NCBI GenBank assembly: GCA_020724805.1
Contig: DYGI01000001.1
Coordinates: forward strand, 303,157-367,156
DNA: 64,000 bases
Direction: 5' to 3'
Source of the DNA: Candidatus Microgenomatus sp.
Lineage (GTDB): Bacteria > Patescibacteriota > Minisyncoccia > UBA6257 > GWB1-50-10
Shown here: in pieces, positions 39,233 to 48,846 of the stretch
How the letters are laid out: every line of letters starts with the position of its first letter
How positions within the stretch are numbered: the stretch's first letter is position 1
Program-made: the position numbers and the translations under genes
Notes under the pieces: generated by a model
What the model was told of the DNA's origin: nothing
The model's input: the letters and a program-made list of their open reading frames with translations, nothing else
Database searches by the model: none

Positions 39233-40380
39233 AGAAAGAACACTTCTTTTTTGGCGCGGCATCGAGCGCCCATCAAGTGGAGGGTGGGCAAATGAATGAT
39301 TGGTCGGAGTGGGAAGCGCGAACCGGTCACGAACGATCGGGGACTGCGGCGGACCACTGGAACCGGTACGAGGAGGATTTCGATATCGCAAAAAAGCTTG
39401 GGCATAACGCACACCGCTTTTCCATCGAATGGTCGCGGGTGGAGCCGGAGGAGGGGAGGTTCGATGAGGCGGCACTCGAGCATTACGTGAAGGTCGTACA
39501 GGCGCTTCGGGCGCGAGGTATGGAACCGTTTGTCACACTTTGGCATTTTACGCTTCCGGTATGGGTCGCGCGCCAGGGAGGATGGGAGTCGGAGAAGACC
39601 GTGCACCACTTTGCGCGCTACGTGGGGCGTGTCGCCGCGCGCCTGAAGGACGACGTGAAGTTTTGGATACCGCTCAATGAGCCAGAGATCTATTCCCATA
39701 TGTCATATCTGGTCGGCAAGTGGCCTCCGGCGGCGAAGAATCCGTTCCGCACTGTATCGGTACTGCTTCGCCTCGCCCGCGCCCATCGCGCGGCCTACGC
39801 GGTTTTGAAGGGTATTGCCCCCACCGCGGAGATAGGAATTGCCAAAAATCACATGTATTTCGAAGCGGCGGGGAAAAACCAGTGGAACGAGATGTTGAAA
39901 GCGTGTGCTGACTGGTGGTGGAACTTCTTCTTTCTCGATCGGGCGAAGGACTCGCTCGACTTCGTCGGCGTCAATTTTTACTTTCACAATCGTATCGACG
40001 GGTGGTTTAATAAAAATCGGAATGAACAAGCGAGCGATATGGGGTGGGAGCTTCTCCCCGAAACGCTTTACCACGCGCTTGCGGAACTCTCCCGGTACCA
40101 GAAACCGCTCTATGTGACGGAGAACGGACTTGCCGATGCGAAGGATGTGTATCGCGCGGAGTATATCACGGAGGCACTGAAGGCAGTGGCCCATGCGCGG
40201 CGCGAAGGGGTGGAGGTACGGGGCTATCTTCACTGGGCGCTCACCGATAACTTTGAATGGGCAGACGGATTTTTCCCGCGCTTCGGGCTCGTCGCGATCG
40301 ATTATGAAACGCAAAAACGGACGATACGGAAAAGCGCGATGGTCTATCGCGATATGATAAAAAAGTGGCCTAACATCTGA
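39229..40380 (+). CDS. Glycoside hydrolase family 1 (beta-glucosidase)
   Basis: SAHQVEG, RFSIEWSR, NEP, VTENG, DNFEW. Confidence 0.95.
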   Translation: MKKEHFFFGAASSAHQVEGGQMNDWSEWEARTGHERSGTAADHWNRYEEDFDIAKKLGHNAHRFSIEWSRVEPEEGRFDEAALEHYVKVVQALRARGMEPFVTLWHFTLPVWVARQGGWESEKTVHHFARYVGRVAARLKDDVKFWIPLNEPEIYSHMSYLVGKWPPAAKNPFRTVSVLLRLARAHRAAYAVLKGIAPTAEIGIAKNHMYFEAAGKNQWNEMLKACADWWWNFFFLDRAKDSLDFVGVNFYFHNRIDGWFNKNRNEQASDMGWELLPETLYHALAELSRYQKPLYVTENGLADAKDVYRAEYITEALKAVAHARREGVEVRGYLHWALTDNFEWADGFFPRFGLVAIDYETQKRTIRKSAMVYRDMIKKWPNI

Positions 40381-40383
40381 AAT

Positions 40384-41280
40384 ATGCATTGGAGTATCGT
40401 TGCCATCGCTGCGTATCTTGCGAATGCTGGAGTCGGCATCGTGGATAAGTTTCTTCTGAAGCGTCTCATCCCGCACCCGGCGGTGTATACGTTCTTTGTG
40501 AGTCTCACCGGAGGGGTGGTGATAGTGGCCGCACCGTTTGTCCTTGAAGATGCGCCAGCGCCGGTGCTTGCGACGAGCGCGATAACCGCGCTCGCATTTT
40601 CCGCGGCTCTTTTCTGTTATTACGCCGCGCTTCAAAGGAACGAGGCGTCACGGGTCATCCCTCTTGTGGGGAGTCTCACGCCGGTCGCGGTACTTGTGTT
40701 CGCGGGTCTTTTTCTCGGCGAGACGCTCACGTGGCTGCAACTTGTGGGTTTTATACTTGTGATGCTTGGCACTGCGGTACTCGCGGAGGAGGGAAACGCC
40801 CGCACGCGTCTTGGCATGCATACCATCCTGCTCGGAGTTTTCTCCGCAACGCTCTTTGGCGCCGCACATGTGGCGGCAAAATATCTCTATACCATTCATC
40901 CATTCGGGAGCGGCATCGTATGGCGCGGTATCGCGAGTATCGTGGTGGCATTCCTTATTTTTGTGATACCCATGAACCGGCGGCGCATTGTCGCGGAGCT
41001 CACCGATAAGGAAACGAAGACCGAAGGAATAGTGCTTTTGGGGCAGGCGATGGGTGGTACGGGGTTCCTTCTTTTTAACTACGCGCTCTCTCTCGGCCCC
41101 GCAACATTGGTGAATGCGCTCGCGGGCGTGCAATACGGGATTTTATTTCTCGGTACTCTCGTACTTTCGCGAATGGCGCCGCGGGTGATACGGGAGGCGC
41201 ACTCACGCCGCGAGATAGCGATGAAAAGCGCGGGACTTTTGGTGGTCGCGGGAGGGCTCGCGGTCATATTTCTCGTATGA
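40384..41280 (+). CDS. EamA/DMT family transporter
   Basis: About ten TM segments in two repeats; LFLGETLT. Confidence 0.8.
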   Translation: MHWSIVAIAAYLANAGVGIVDKFLLKRLIPHPAVYTFFVSLTGGVVIVAAPFVLEDAPAPVLATSAITALAFSAALFCYYAALQRNEASRVIPLVGSLTPVAVLVFAGLFLGETLTWLQLVGFILVMLGTAVLAEEGNARTRLGMHTILLGVFSATLFGAAHVAAKYLYTIHPFGSGIVWRGIASIVVAFLIFVIPMNRRRIVAELTDKETKTEGIVLLGQAMGGTGFLLFNYALSLGPATLVNALAGVQYGILFLGTLVLSRMAPRVIREAHSRREIAMKSAGLLVVAGGLAVIFLV

Positions 41281-42314
41281 GCACGGGGCGTCTGAGAAAA
41301 ATAGTGCTTGGCACGTTCACGACTCTTCTCCTGCTCTATGGGCTCTCGTGGATTCCTACCTATGAGAATCCGAGCGCGGTATGGGGAGTTACGTGGAGTC
41401 AATATTATGCGATGGAAGAACTGGGGCTTGATTGGCGTCCGGCGTATCTTGCGCTCCTCGACGAGCTGCGTCCGCCGAAACTCCGCCTTATCGCGTATTG
41501 GCAATATCACGAGCCGGACGAAGGAACATTTCGTTTTGACGACCTTGATTGGCAGATAGAGGAAGCGGCGAAACGCGATATTCCCGTGACGCTTTCCATC
41601 GGTCACCGCGTTCCTCGGTGGCCGGAGTGTCATTCGCCCGAGTGGGCAAAGAGAAAAACGGAGGAGGAATTCGGCGCCGCATTGAAACGCTATCTTTCGG
41701 CGGTGGTGACACGGTATCGCGAAGTGCCGGTGCTCGAGCGGTGGCAGGTGGAAAACGAGCCCTACATTCGCGTGTTCGGCATTTGTCCACCGCTCAATGT
41801 GGATTTTTTACATGAGGAATTCGAACTTGTACGCGCGCTTGACCCTTCCCGTCCCGTGCTTCTTACCGATTCCGGCGAACTTTCCACGTGGCGCAAGAAT
41901 ATAGGATATCCTGATGTGGTGGGCACCACGCTTTACCGAACCGCGTGGAACCCTTATACCGGGTGGTGGACGAGCGTGTTCCCGCCGTTTTGGTACACCG
42001 CGCGCGCGTGGATGCTTGAAATGACGGGCGCGGATGAGGTCATCGTGGCCGAACTTCAAGCCGAACCGTGGGCTCCCGGGGGCCGTAGCATCGTGGCGGT
42101 GCCGTTCGACGAACAGATCGAACGGTATGACGTGGAGGAGTTCAAGCGGATGGAAATTTTTGCGCGCGCCACGGGACTTCCCGAAATTTATCTTTGGGGC
42201 GCCGAGTGGTGGTATTGGCGAAAGGAGCGCGGTGACGACTTGTTTTGGAACGAAGCAAAAGCGCTTTTCGCAACCTCGGGCGGTGTTGACACGCGTGGTA
42301 TGATGGAACCATGA
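41277..42314 (+). CDS. Membrane-anchored clan-A-like glycoside hydrolase
   Basis: YWQYHEP..G.F.FDDLD, WQVENEP, ELQAEPW. Confidence 0.7.
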   Translation: MSTGRLRKIVLGTFTTLLLLYGLSWIPTYENPSAVWGVTWSQYYAMEELGLDWRPAYLALLDELRPPKLRLIAYWQYHEPDEGTFRFDDLDWQIEEAAKRDIPVTLSIGHRVPRWPECHSPEWAKRKTEEEFGAALKRYLSAVVTRYREVPVLERWQVENEPYIRVFGICPPLNVDFLHEEFELVRALDPSRPVLLTDSGELSTWRKNIGYPDVVGTTLYRTAWNPYTGWWTSVFPPFWYTARAWMLEMTGADEVIVAELQAEPWAPGGRSIVAVPFDEQIERYDVEEFKRMEIFARATGLPEIYLWGAEWWYWRKERGDDLFWNEAKALFATSGGVDTRGMMEP

Positions 42315-42544
42315 AGAATGTGACCATCTATACCACCCCCTCGTGCGTCTATTGCAAAATGGCGAAGGCATTCTTTGCGGAAAAAAAGATGGCTTACACC
42401 GAGTACGATGTGGTCACCGACCTCAAAGCGCGCGCTACGATGGTGCAGAAATCGGGCCAGCTTGGTGTGCCGGTTATTGAGGTGGGAGACGTTGTTATTG
42501 TGGGGTTTAACAAAGAAGCGCTCGAACACGCGCTTGGGGTATAA
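42311..42544 (+). CDS. Glutaredoxin/NrdH-like redoxin
   Basis: CVYC, GVPVI, VGF. Confidence 0.9.
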   Translation: MKNVTIYTTPSCVYCKMAKAFFAEKKMAYTEYDVVTDLKARATMVQKSGQLGVPVIEVGDVVIVGFNKEALEHALGV

Positions 42545-42555
42545 TATTTGAATAT

Positions 42556-42993
42556 ATGAATAAAGCATGGTATTTGGTGTTGGGGATAGCGGTGCTTGTC
42601 GGCGCGTTCTTTCTTTTTGCGCAGGAAAGTGCGCCGAATGGAACGCTTTCTACCGAAACACCCGCGCCGGAAGCGGGGAATGAGCGCACTATCCGGGTGA
42701 CCGCAGAAGGTTTTGTACCGTCCGCGCTTACCATTAAAAAAGGAGAGAGCGTGACGTGGATGAATGAGACGGATAGGAATGTATGGCCCGCCTCGGCGAT
42801 GCACCCGACCCATATGGTGTACCCGGGGTCCGATATTAAAAAGTGCGATACGGCGGAGGCTGCGACCATTTTTGACTCATGTGCGGGCATTACTCCCGGA
42901 AGTTCCTGGTCTTTCGTATTTAACGAGGTGGGCACGTGGAAGTATCATGACCATCTTCGCGCGACCGTGTTCGGTTCGATAACCGTTCAATAG
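42556..42993 (+). CDS. Cupredoxin-domain protein
   Basis: GFVPSALTIKKGESVTW.N, GTWKYHDHL..GSITV; the canonical Cys ligand appears absent. Confidence 0.75.
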   Translation: MNKAWYLVLGIAVLVGAFFLFAQESAPNGTLSTETPAPEAGNERTIRVTAEGFVPSALTIKKGESVTWMNETDRNVWPASAMHPTHMVYPGSDIKKCDTAEAATIFDSCAGITPGSSWSFVFNEVGTWKYHDHLRATVFGSITVQ

Positions 42994-43014
42994 CGAGGTA
43001 GAATGGCGGGGCAT

Positions 43015-44094
43015 ATGCCCCGCATTATTCTTCACCTTGATATGGACGCGTTCTTTGCCGCGGTGGAGGAGCGCGACGAGCCGCGCTTCGCGAGGCGGCC
43101 ACTCGTCGTCGGTGCGGATCCGAAAGGAGGAAAAGGGCGTGGGGTGGTGTCGACCGCGAATTACGCGGCGCGGAAGTATGGCATCCATTCCGCAATGCCC
43201 ATCTCCGAAGCATGGAGGAGAGCCGAAGCGGCAAAGAAACAGGGAGAGCCCGAGGCGGTGTTTCTCGGCGGAAGTTTTAAAAAATATGCGGAGGTGTCGG
43301 AGCGAATCATGGCACTCCTTCGCGCGAGAGCGGTGATTGTGGAGCAGGTGAGCGTGGACGAGGCGTTCGCAGACATAAGCGAAATGGGAAATTTCGGGAG
43401 CGCCGAAAAGTTCGCGCGCGAATTGAAAACCGAGATACAAAAGAAGGAGAGGCTCACCTGTTCGGTGGGTATCGGTCCGAACAAGCTCATTGCGAAGATA
43501 GCGTCGGATAGGCAAAAACCCAACGGGCTCACGGTGGTAGGTCCTGAGCTTGTCGAAGGATTCCTCGCACCACTTCCCATCCGTGTTATTCCTGGTATCG
43601 GGCCGAAAACAGGAGCCGCGCTCGCGCGGAAAGGCATTACCACCATCGCGGAGCTTCAGAAATTGCCACTCGAAGTGCTGGTCGCCGATTTCGGGAAGTG
43701 GGGGAGCGATCTTTATGGAAAAGCGCGCGGCGAGGACGATTCGCCGGTCGAAGAGAGAGGCGAGGCGAAATCGGTGGGCGAGCAGGAGACGTTTGAGGAG
43801 GATACGAAAGATATGAATATTTTGACCGCGCGCCTCAAGTCGCTCGCGTCCGAAGTACACCGCCGTTTCACGAAGGATGGGTTCAAAACCTTTCGTACCG
43901 TGGTGTTCACCGTGCGATTCGCCGATTTCGAGACGAAGAGTAGGGCGCATACGCTCTCCGAGCCCGCACACACGCGGGAGTCGTTAGAGTTCGAGGCGCT
44001 GAAGCTTCTCCTCCCATTCATTGATCGCCGTGAGAACCCGAAAGGAAAGAAAATCCGCCTTATCGGTGTCCGGGTGGAAAAGTTGACCTCCTAG
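43015..44094 (+). CDS. dinB: DNA polymerase IV
   Basis: HLDMDAFFAAVE, YAARKYGIHSAMP, SVDEA, KPNG. Confidence 0.95.
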   Translation: MPRIILHLDMDAFFAAVEERDEPRFARRPLVVGADPKGGKGRGVVSTANYAARKYGIHSAMPISEAWRRAEAAKKQGEPEAVFLGGSFKKYAEVSERIMALLRARAVIVEQVSVDEAFADISEMGNFGSAEKFARELKTEIQKKERLTCSVGIGPNKLIAKIASDRQKPNGLTVVGPELVEGFLAPLPIRVIPGIGPKTGAALARKGITTIAELQKLPLEVLVADFGKWGSDLYGKARGEDDSPVEERGEAKSVGEQETFEEDTKDMNILTARLKSLASEVHRRFTKDGFKTFRTVVFTVRFADFETKSRAHTLSEPAHTRESLEFEALKLLLPFIDRRENPKGKKIRLIGVRVEKLTS

Positions 44095-44159
44095 TGGGCG
44101 GTAGGGTACCGTGGAAACACGTTCTTTTTATTCACGCATATCGACGAAAGGAGGTTTGT

Positions 44160-44654
44160 ATGACCTATACGCTCCCGCCGCCTCTTGAGGCGCGCGCGAA
44201 GGAAGTATGGTCGTTCGGGGAATTGGGAGGCGTGGGCGCCGAGGTGCTCCACAACGCTGTGGCCCCGTACGGCCCGAAGGTGAAGCTCGGCATGGTGTCG
44301 GGCCCCATCTCGACCGGTGGGTTGGGGAGTGTGGAGGCCAATATGGTGGCGTTTGAAGGTACCGTGGCGCTTCTTGAACTTATAGGGGTGCCTCTCTTCA
44401 ATCAGCTCCCGTTCGAGCCGCACATGTGGAGGATCGCAAAGCGAGAAGGGGTGGACTTCAACCCTCGCGAGCTTCTCGAAGGTTTCTATCTCCCGCTTCT
44501 TATGAGCGGCCGTATCGGAACCCTCTACTTCATTCATGGGTGGGAGGGTTCGAGCGGTGCGCGGTGGGAGCATGGGAAAACCATCGAGCTCGGCTTGGGG
44601 AGGATTTTTCTCCCCCAAGATTTCCATCGTCTCCAGTTTCGTAAGGAGCCCTGA
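44160..44654 (+). CDS. Hypothetical protein, DUF4406/deoxyribosyltransferase-like
   Basis: AGGAGG SD; SGPIS and GWEGSSGARWEH motifs. Confidence 0.5.
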   Translation: MTYTLPPPLEARAKEVWSFGELGGVGAEVLHNAVAPYGPKVKLGMVSGPISTGGLGSVEANMVAFEGTVALLELIGVPLFNQLPFEPHMWRIAKREGVDFNPRELLEGFYLPLLMSGRIGTLYFIHGWEGSSGARWEHGKTIELGLGRIFLPQDFHRLQFRKEP

Positions 44655-44719
44655 ACCGAAAGGTGAGGGGCTCTTTTTTGTTTGGTGTTACATTTTACCC
44701 TTCTCGTTCGTATTACTTT

Positions 44720-44935
44720 ATGAAGACCATGAAACCATCGATATTAACCTTTGAAGCCAAGTCCGCCGCGGCCCCGCGGAGACGTTCCGCGAAGGCCGTG
44801 GGGTATGCGAGCTACTATACTCCGCGCCGGCGCGACGGCGGCATTATGTTCGCGTGGAGCGTTATTGGGTTTACCTCCACGCTCATCATGGTAGGAATCG
44901 CATTCTTCACGTATGCCTTTACCCACCTCCCGTAG
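44720..44935 (+). CDS. Small membrane protein
   Basis: C-terminal TM; fills an intergenic gap. Confidence 0.45.
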   Translation: MKTMKPSILTFEAKSAAAPRRRSAKAVGYASYYTPRRRDGGIMFAWSVIGFTSTLIMVGIAFFTYAFTHLP

Positions 44936-44999
44936 CGCTCATTCGTCGCAAACCAGCGGCTCCGCACGCGGAGCCGTTTTAGGTTATGATGGAAAAGCA

Positions 45000-45638
45000 A
45001 TGGACCCCGTTAGAAATCGCGCTCACGACGAAGTCGCGAGTCCTTCAAGGACCGCTGGCGCGGCTATTTCTAACGGGGTGGAAGTAAGCGCCCTTGTTCG
45101 TGCTTTCAAGAAGGGAGACCGCAATGCGTTCGGCGGTATTTACGATGAGTATGCGGAGCGTATCTACCGCTTCTTTTTTTCGCGTACCGCAAACAAGGAA
45201 CTTTCCGAGGACCTCACGAGCGACACGTTTCGTAAAGCGCTTGAGCACCTCGCGGATTATAAGGAGGGGAAGGGAAGTCTTACCTCGTGGCTCTACACCA
45301 TCGCGCGCAATACGCTCACAGACCATTGGCGCACCGCGAAGGGAGATGCGCCGCTCGACGAAGCGCTTGAACTCGGGGCCTCCATTGATATGGCGGGCCA
45401 CGCGGACGCGAAAGAGCAATTGGCGAAAGTGAAAGCGTATCTCACAAAGCTTTCTGCGGACGAGCGTCAGGTGGTGCTCCTGCGGGTATGGGACGAGCTT
45501 TCCTACGCGGAAATCGCGGAAACCATGGGACGCACTGAGGGGTCGGCGAAGATGCTTTTCTCGCGCACGGTCCAGAAAATGAGGCGCGACCTTCCCTTTG
45601 CGGCCGTTATGCTTTTCCTCATCAATCGTATTCATTAA
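45000..45638 (+). CDS. ECF sigma factor with element-derived N-terminus
   Basis: GDRNAFGGIYD, SWLYTIARN, LSYAEIAETMG. Confidence 0.9.
   Translation: MDPVRNRAHDEVASPSRTAGAAISNGVEVSALVRAFKKGDRNAFGGIYDEYAERIYRFFFSRTANKELSEDLTSDTFRKALEHLADYKEGKGSLTSWLYTIARNTLTDHWRTAKGDAPLDEALELGASIDMAGHADAKEQLAKVKAYLTKLSADERQVVLLRVWDELSYAEIAETMGRTEGSAKMLFSRTVQKMRRDLPFAAVMLFLINRIH
45006..45077. mobile_element. Start-codon-associated palindromic element, copy C (72 bp)
   Basis: 64/72 identical to copy B; flanked by ATGGAC and GTGGAA. Confidence 0.85.
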
Positions 45639-45644
45639 AGGATT

Positions 45645-47132
45645 ATGGACACGCGCATCAAAGAAATTTTGAAGGACCTTGCGGCGCTTGACCCTGCGTT
45701 CAAGGACGAACGCGCGGTGCGTCCGCTCGTGGAGCACCTCTTGGCGCTGGCTCCGCGCGGCGGGATGGACGATTCATTCAAGTCGCGTTTGCGGCGCGAG
45801 CTCATTGCGACCGCTTCGGCGCTTCCCTCGCGCCCAATGTCCGCGGCGCAGTTTTTCGCGTCGTGGGGGAATGTGGTCTATGCGGGCGCGGGCGCGCTCG
45901 CGGTGCTCCTCGTGCTCTTCGGCGTGTTCTACAGCCCGGGGCTTCTCGCTCCCTCGAGCGGCGTGAGCGTGGTAGCGGTTCGTGAGCGCGCGTTCGGCGA
46001 TCTTGCCACCCAAGGCGCTCTCGGCATGGGAGCCTCCGCAATGAAAGGCGGTGCGGAGAGTGCGCCGACGCCTGAAGGCGATATCGCGGTGCGGAGTGTG
46101 GCGCCTTCCATGGCGTTCGGTATGGGAGGCGGCACGGGCGCGGGAGGTCCCATCGATATGCCCTCGCCGCTCATTTATCCGGCGCCCGAGGTTCCGCGTA
46201 TCGATTTCGTATATCGCGGGGCGTTTCCTGAAATCGGGGACACGGTGGACGTGTTGCGGCGCGTGAAGCCCGAGGTGGCGGCGGGAGGCGCGGTCACCAC
46301 GCTTCGGCGTTTCGCGATGGGGCTTTTGGACCTCGGCGAATTTTCCGGTGCGCGCGTGGAATCGTTCGCGCTTTCTGAAAACGAGCCGTATGGTTACACG
46401 GTGTATGTGAATCCGGCGGAAGGTACGGTATCCATCGGCCAGAACTGGCGGCAGTGGCCGCAGTTCATCGATGGTCCCACGATGGGGGAAGGCATGGCGC
46501 TTCCGCCCGATGCGGAGCTCATCGCGCTTGCCGATGCATTTTTGGATGAATACGACATCGACCGGAACGGATATGGTGACCCGGTGGTTCAGAAGGCGTG
46601 GAGTATGGACCCTCTTGCGCTCGAGAAGTCCATCATGCCGGCATACGTTCAGGAAGTGCCTATCATTTACCCGTATCTTGTGAACGGCGAACCCATCTTT
46701 GACGAAGGCGGGAATCCCACCGGACTTTATGTCGGTGTGAATGTGAAAGAAAAGCGCGTGTCGAACGTGTCGGGCCTCATGACGCGTCGATACGAATCGT
46801 CCGCGTACGCGGCGGAGCGCGACGTTGAGCGGCTCTTGGGATACGCGGAAGGCCGCTATTGGTATGGTGAGGGCGCGCGCACGGTTACGGTGGAGGTGGA
46901 TGCGCCGACCAAGGGGTATGTGACGACGTGGACGTGGAATGGGAGCGAAGGGTCGGAAGTGGTGGTGCCCGCGCTCATTTTCCCGATACCGGAAAATCTC
47001 AATATTCCCAATATGTATTTCCCGAAAAACCTGGTGGTGCCGCTTGCAAAGGAACTTATCGACCGAAATATGGGTGGCCCTATCCGCATCATGTCCGACT
47101 CGATAGAAGTGATGTCTCCGCCGAGCCAATAG
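45645..47132 (+). CDS. Putative anti-sigma factor (single TM, large extracytoplasmic domain)
   Basis: Directly follows the ECF sigma; FKSRLRREL motif before the TM. Confidence 0.6.
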   Translation: MDTRIKEILKDLAALDPAFKDERAVRPLVEHLLALAPRGGMDDSFKSRLRRELIATASALPSRPMSAAQFFASWGNVVYAGAGALAVLLVLFGVFYSPGLLAPSSGVSVVAVRERAFGDLATQGALGMGASAMKGGAESAPTPEGDIAVRSVAPSMAFGMGGGTGAGGPIDMPSPLIYPAPEVPRIDFVYRGAFPEIGDTVDVLRRVKPEVAAGGAVTTLRRFAMGLLDLGEFSGARVESFALSENEPYGYTVYVNPAEGTVSIGQNWRQWPQFIDGPTMGEGMALPPDAELIALADAFLDEYDIDRNGYGDPVVQKAWSMDPLALEKSIMPAYVQEVPIIYPYLVNGEPIFDEGGNPTGLYVGVNVKEKRVSNVSGLMTRRYESSAYAAERDVERLLGYAEGRYWYGEGARTVTVEVDAPTKGYVTTWTWNGSEGSEVVVPALIFPIPENLNIPNMYFPKNLVVPLAKELIDRNMGGPIRIMSDSIEVMSPPSQ

Positions 47133-47145
47133 CGAAATGACCGCA

Positions 47146-47177
47146 GAAAACCCGCCTCGCAGGCGGGTTTTTGTTTT
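47146..47177 (+). terminator. Intrinsic terminator
   Basis: AAAACCCGCCT-CGC-AGGCGGGTTTTT. Confidence 0.8.
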
Positions 47178-47187
47178 ACCCCACACA

Positions 47188-47217
47188 TTGACAAATGCCC
47201 ATATTTAGTGCTATAAT
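47188..47217 (+). promoter_or_regulatory. Consensus sigma70 promoter
   Basis: TTGACA-18 nt-TATAAT with extended TG. Confidence 0.7.
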
Positions 47218-47260
47218 GAGAGCAGAATAATTCCCAACCCTCACTTCACTGGAGGTTCTC

Positions 47261-47905
47261 GTGTACGAACTTATGGTCTTTGCGACCGCGGCGCTTATGA
47301 CGCTCGCGGCAGTGGACTATGTACGCCGTGCGTGGAAGCGGGAAACAAACCCGGTGCCGGCAACGTGGATTCTCATGATGGTCATGATGAGCCTTTCGTT
47401 CTGGATGTACTGGGTAAGTCCTCAGAAGTCATGGACCGGCAATATCGGCGTCACGGCAGGGATTTTGAACATCATCATCATTCTTGTCGGCGTACTTGCA
47501 GTGAAGATGCGTGACCACGTGCTTCATGTGGCCTTTGATAAGGTTCAGAAGTGGTGCCTGGCGTTCGGCGGTGCGGTGGTGGTGTTCTGGTTTTTAACCA
47601 AAGCCCCGCTCATTGCGTATACGCTCGTCCAGTGCATCGCACTTATCGCATACTTCGCTACGGTGAAGCGCCTATGGAACGCCGAGCGAAGCACTGAGCC
47701 TTATTTCATATGGGCCGCGGTGCTCTGCGCGAATCTCTGTGCACTCTATCCCGCGTGGGTGAGGAGTGATACGTTCGCATGGATTTATCTCTCGCGGGCG
47801 ATTCCTTCCACCATCTTCATGATCTTTCTCATTGCGCGGGTTAAGCGGCGTGTCGCGCGTGTGGAATTTGCTTCCGCGCAGATGTTTGAACGGGCCTCGT
47901 CGTAG
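47261..47905 (+). CDS. Multi-pass membrane protein
   Basis: GGAGG SD, GTG start, about seven TM segments. Confidence 0.7.
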   Translation: MYELMVFATAALMTLAAVDYVRRAWKRETNPVPATWILMMVMMSLSFWMYWVSPQKSWTGNIGVTAGILNIIIILVGVLAVKMRDHVLHVAFDKVQKWCLAFGGAVVVFWFLTKAPLIAYTLVQCIALIAYFATVKRLWNAERSTEPYFIWAAVLCANLCALYPAWVRSDTFAWIYLSRAIPSTIFMIFLIARVKRRVARVEFASAQMFERASS

Positions 47906-48048
47906 TGCGGGTTGGTATCATCAGCGTCCGGTTTTCCGAAAGGGGAACCGGCGCTTTCTTTTTGGTTTTCATTGACTTTTCCTTGTGTAAATTGTATTCT
48001 ATACCGCAGACAATTTGTCACACTAAATAACTCATAAGGAGAAGAAAC

Positions 48049-48819
48049 ATGAAAAAGACTACGAAAGAAGCGTTTGCCGACCTGGCAAACCGCTACACGC
48101 GTATGTCGAACGAAGAGAAAGTGAAGGTTCGTGATGCGCTCACCGCATTCACCGGCGTAAGCCGCGACGCGGTGCGTGACTGGTTTGCGAACCGTCATTT
48201 TCCAGTCGGCGTGCCGTTCATCAAGTTGCGCCATGCGCTCATCGGACTTGGATATCGCATCCAGACGTTCGAGGAGATGCCTGAGGCGCTCCGGTATATG
48301 AGCACACTCGTCGCCCACGACGTGGTGAAGGTCAAGGACACGTATTCGAAAATCGGTTATCCGACGACGGATGCGTTCATCCGGCCACTCACCGAAGGTG
48401 TCAAAGCTCCGGTGCCGCTTCCCGAAAGGATGCGGCGTATCGAAGCATTGTGCGGCGGGTACCGGAAGGAACTCGAAGCGGCGTGGAGTTTGGAGACGGA
48501 GCACTGGAAGTTGAACGGGGAGACGCGGTATTCCAAGCCGGCAGTTTCCCACGCTTCCGCGACGGGAGAAGAAACGGTGGGCTTGCTCGAAGTATTGAGC
48601 GGCGCCCACGCGCTTGCGACCGTCGGCATTCCGCTTCTCGAGAAATTGCTTTCGGAAGAGACGGGAGTGGAGGGACGGAGAGAATTCCGTGATGCCTTTG
48701 GGGTGGAGAAGCTTTTTAGGTTCTCCAACCTGCAGTATCGATTTACAAAGCTCTTGAACGCGGTACGCAGCGAGAAAGCGAAAGAGCTTTTCGAACAAGA
48801 ATTTTCCTCTATCACCTAA
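48049..48819 (+). CDS. Hypothetical protein with possible N-terminal HTH
   Basis: AAGGAG SD; ALTAFTGVSRDAVRDW resembles an Xre-type HTH. Confidence 0.6.
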   Translation: MKKTTKEAFADLANRYTRMSNEEKVKVRDALTAFTGVSRDAVRDWFANRHFPVGVPFIKLRHALIGLGYRIQTFEEMPEALRYMSTLVAHDVVKVKDTYSKIGYPTTDAFIRPLTEGVKAPVPLPERMRRIEALCGGYRKELEAAWSLETEHWKLNGETRYSKPAVSHASATGEETVGLLEVLSGAHALATVGIPLLEKLLSEETGVEGRREFRDAFGVEKLFRFSNLQYRFTKLLNAVRSEKAKELFEQEFSSIT

Positions 48820-48846
48820 CCCCCATTTCTCTGAAAGGATTTCTCC

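Noticed and set aside
45774-47186. 470-aa minus-strand ORF
   Set aside because: Shadow of the GC-rich anti-sigma-like gene with Arg/His-biased composition
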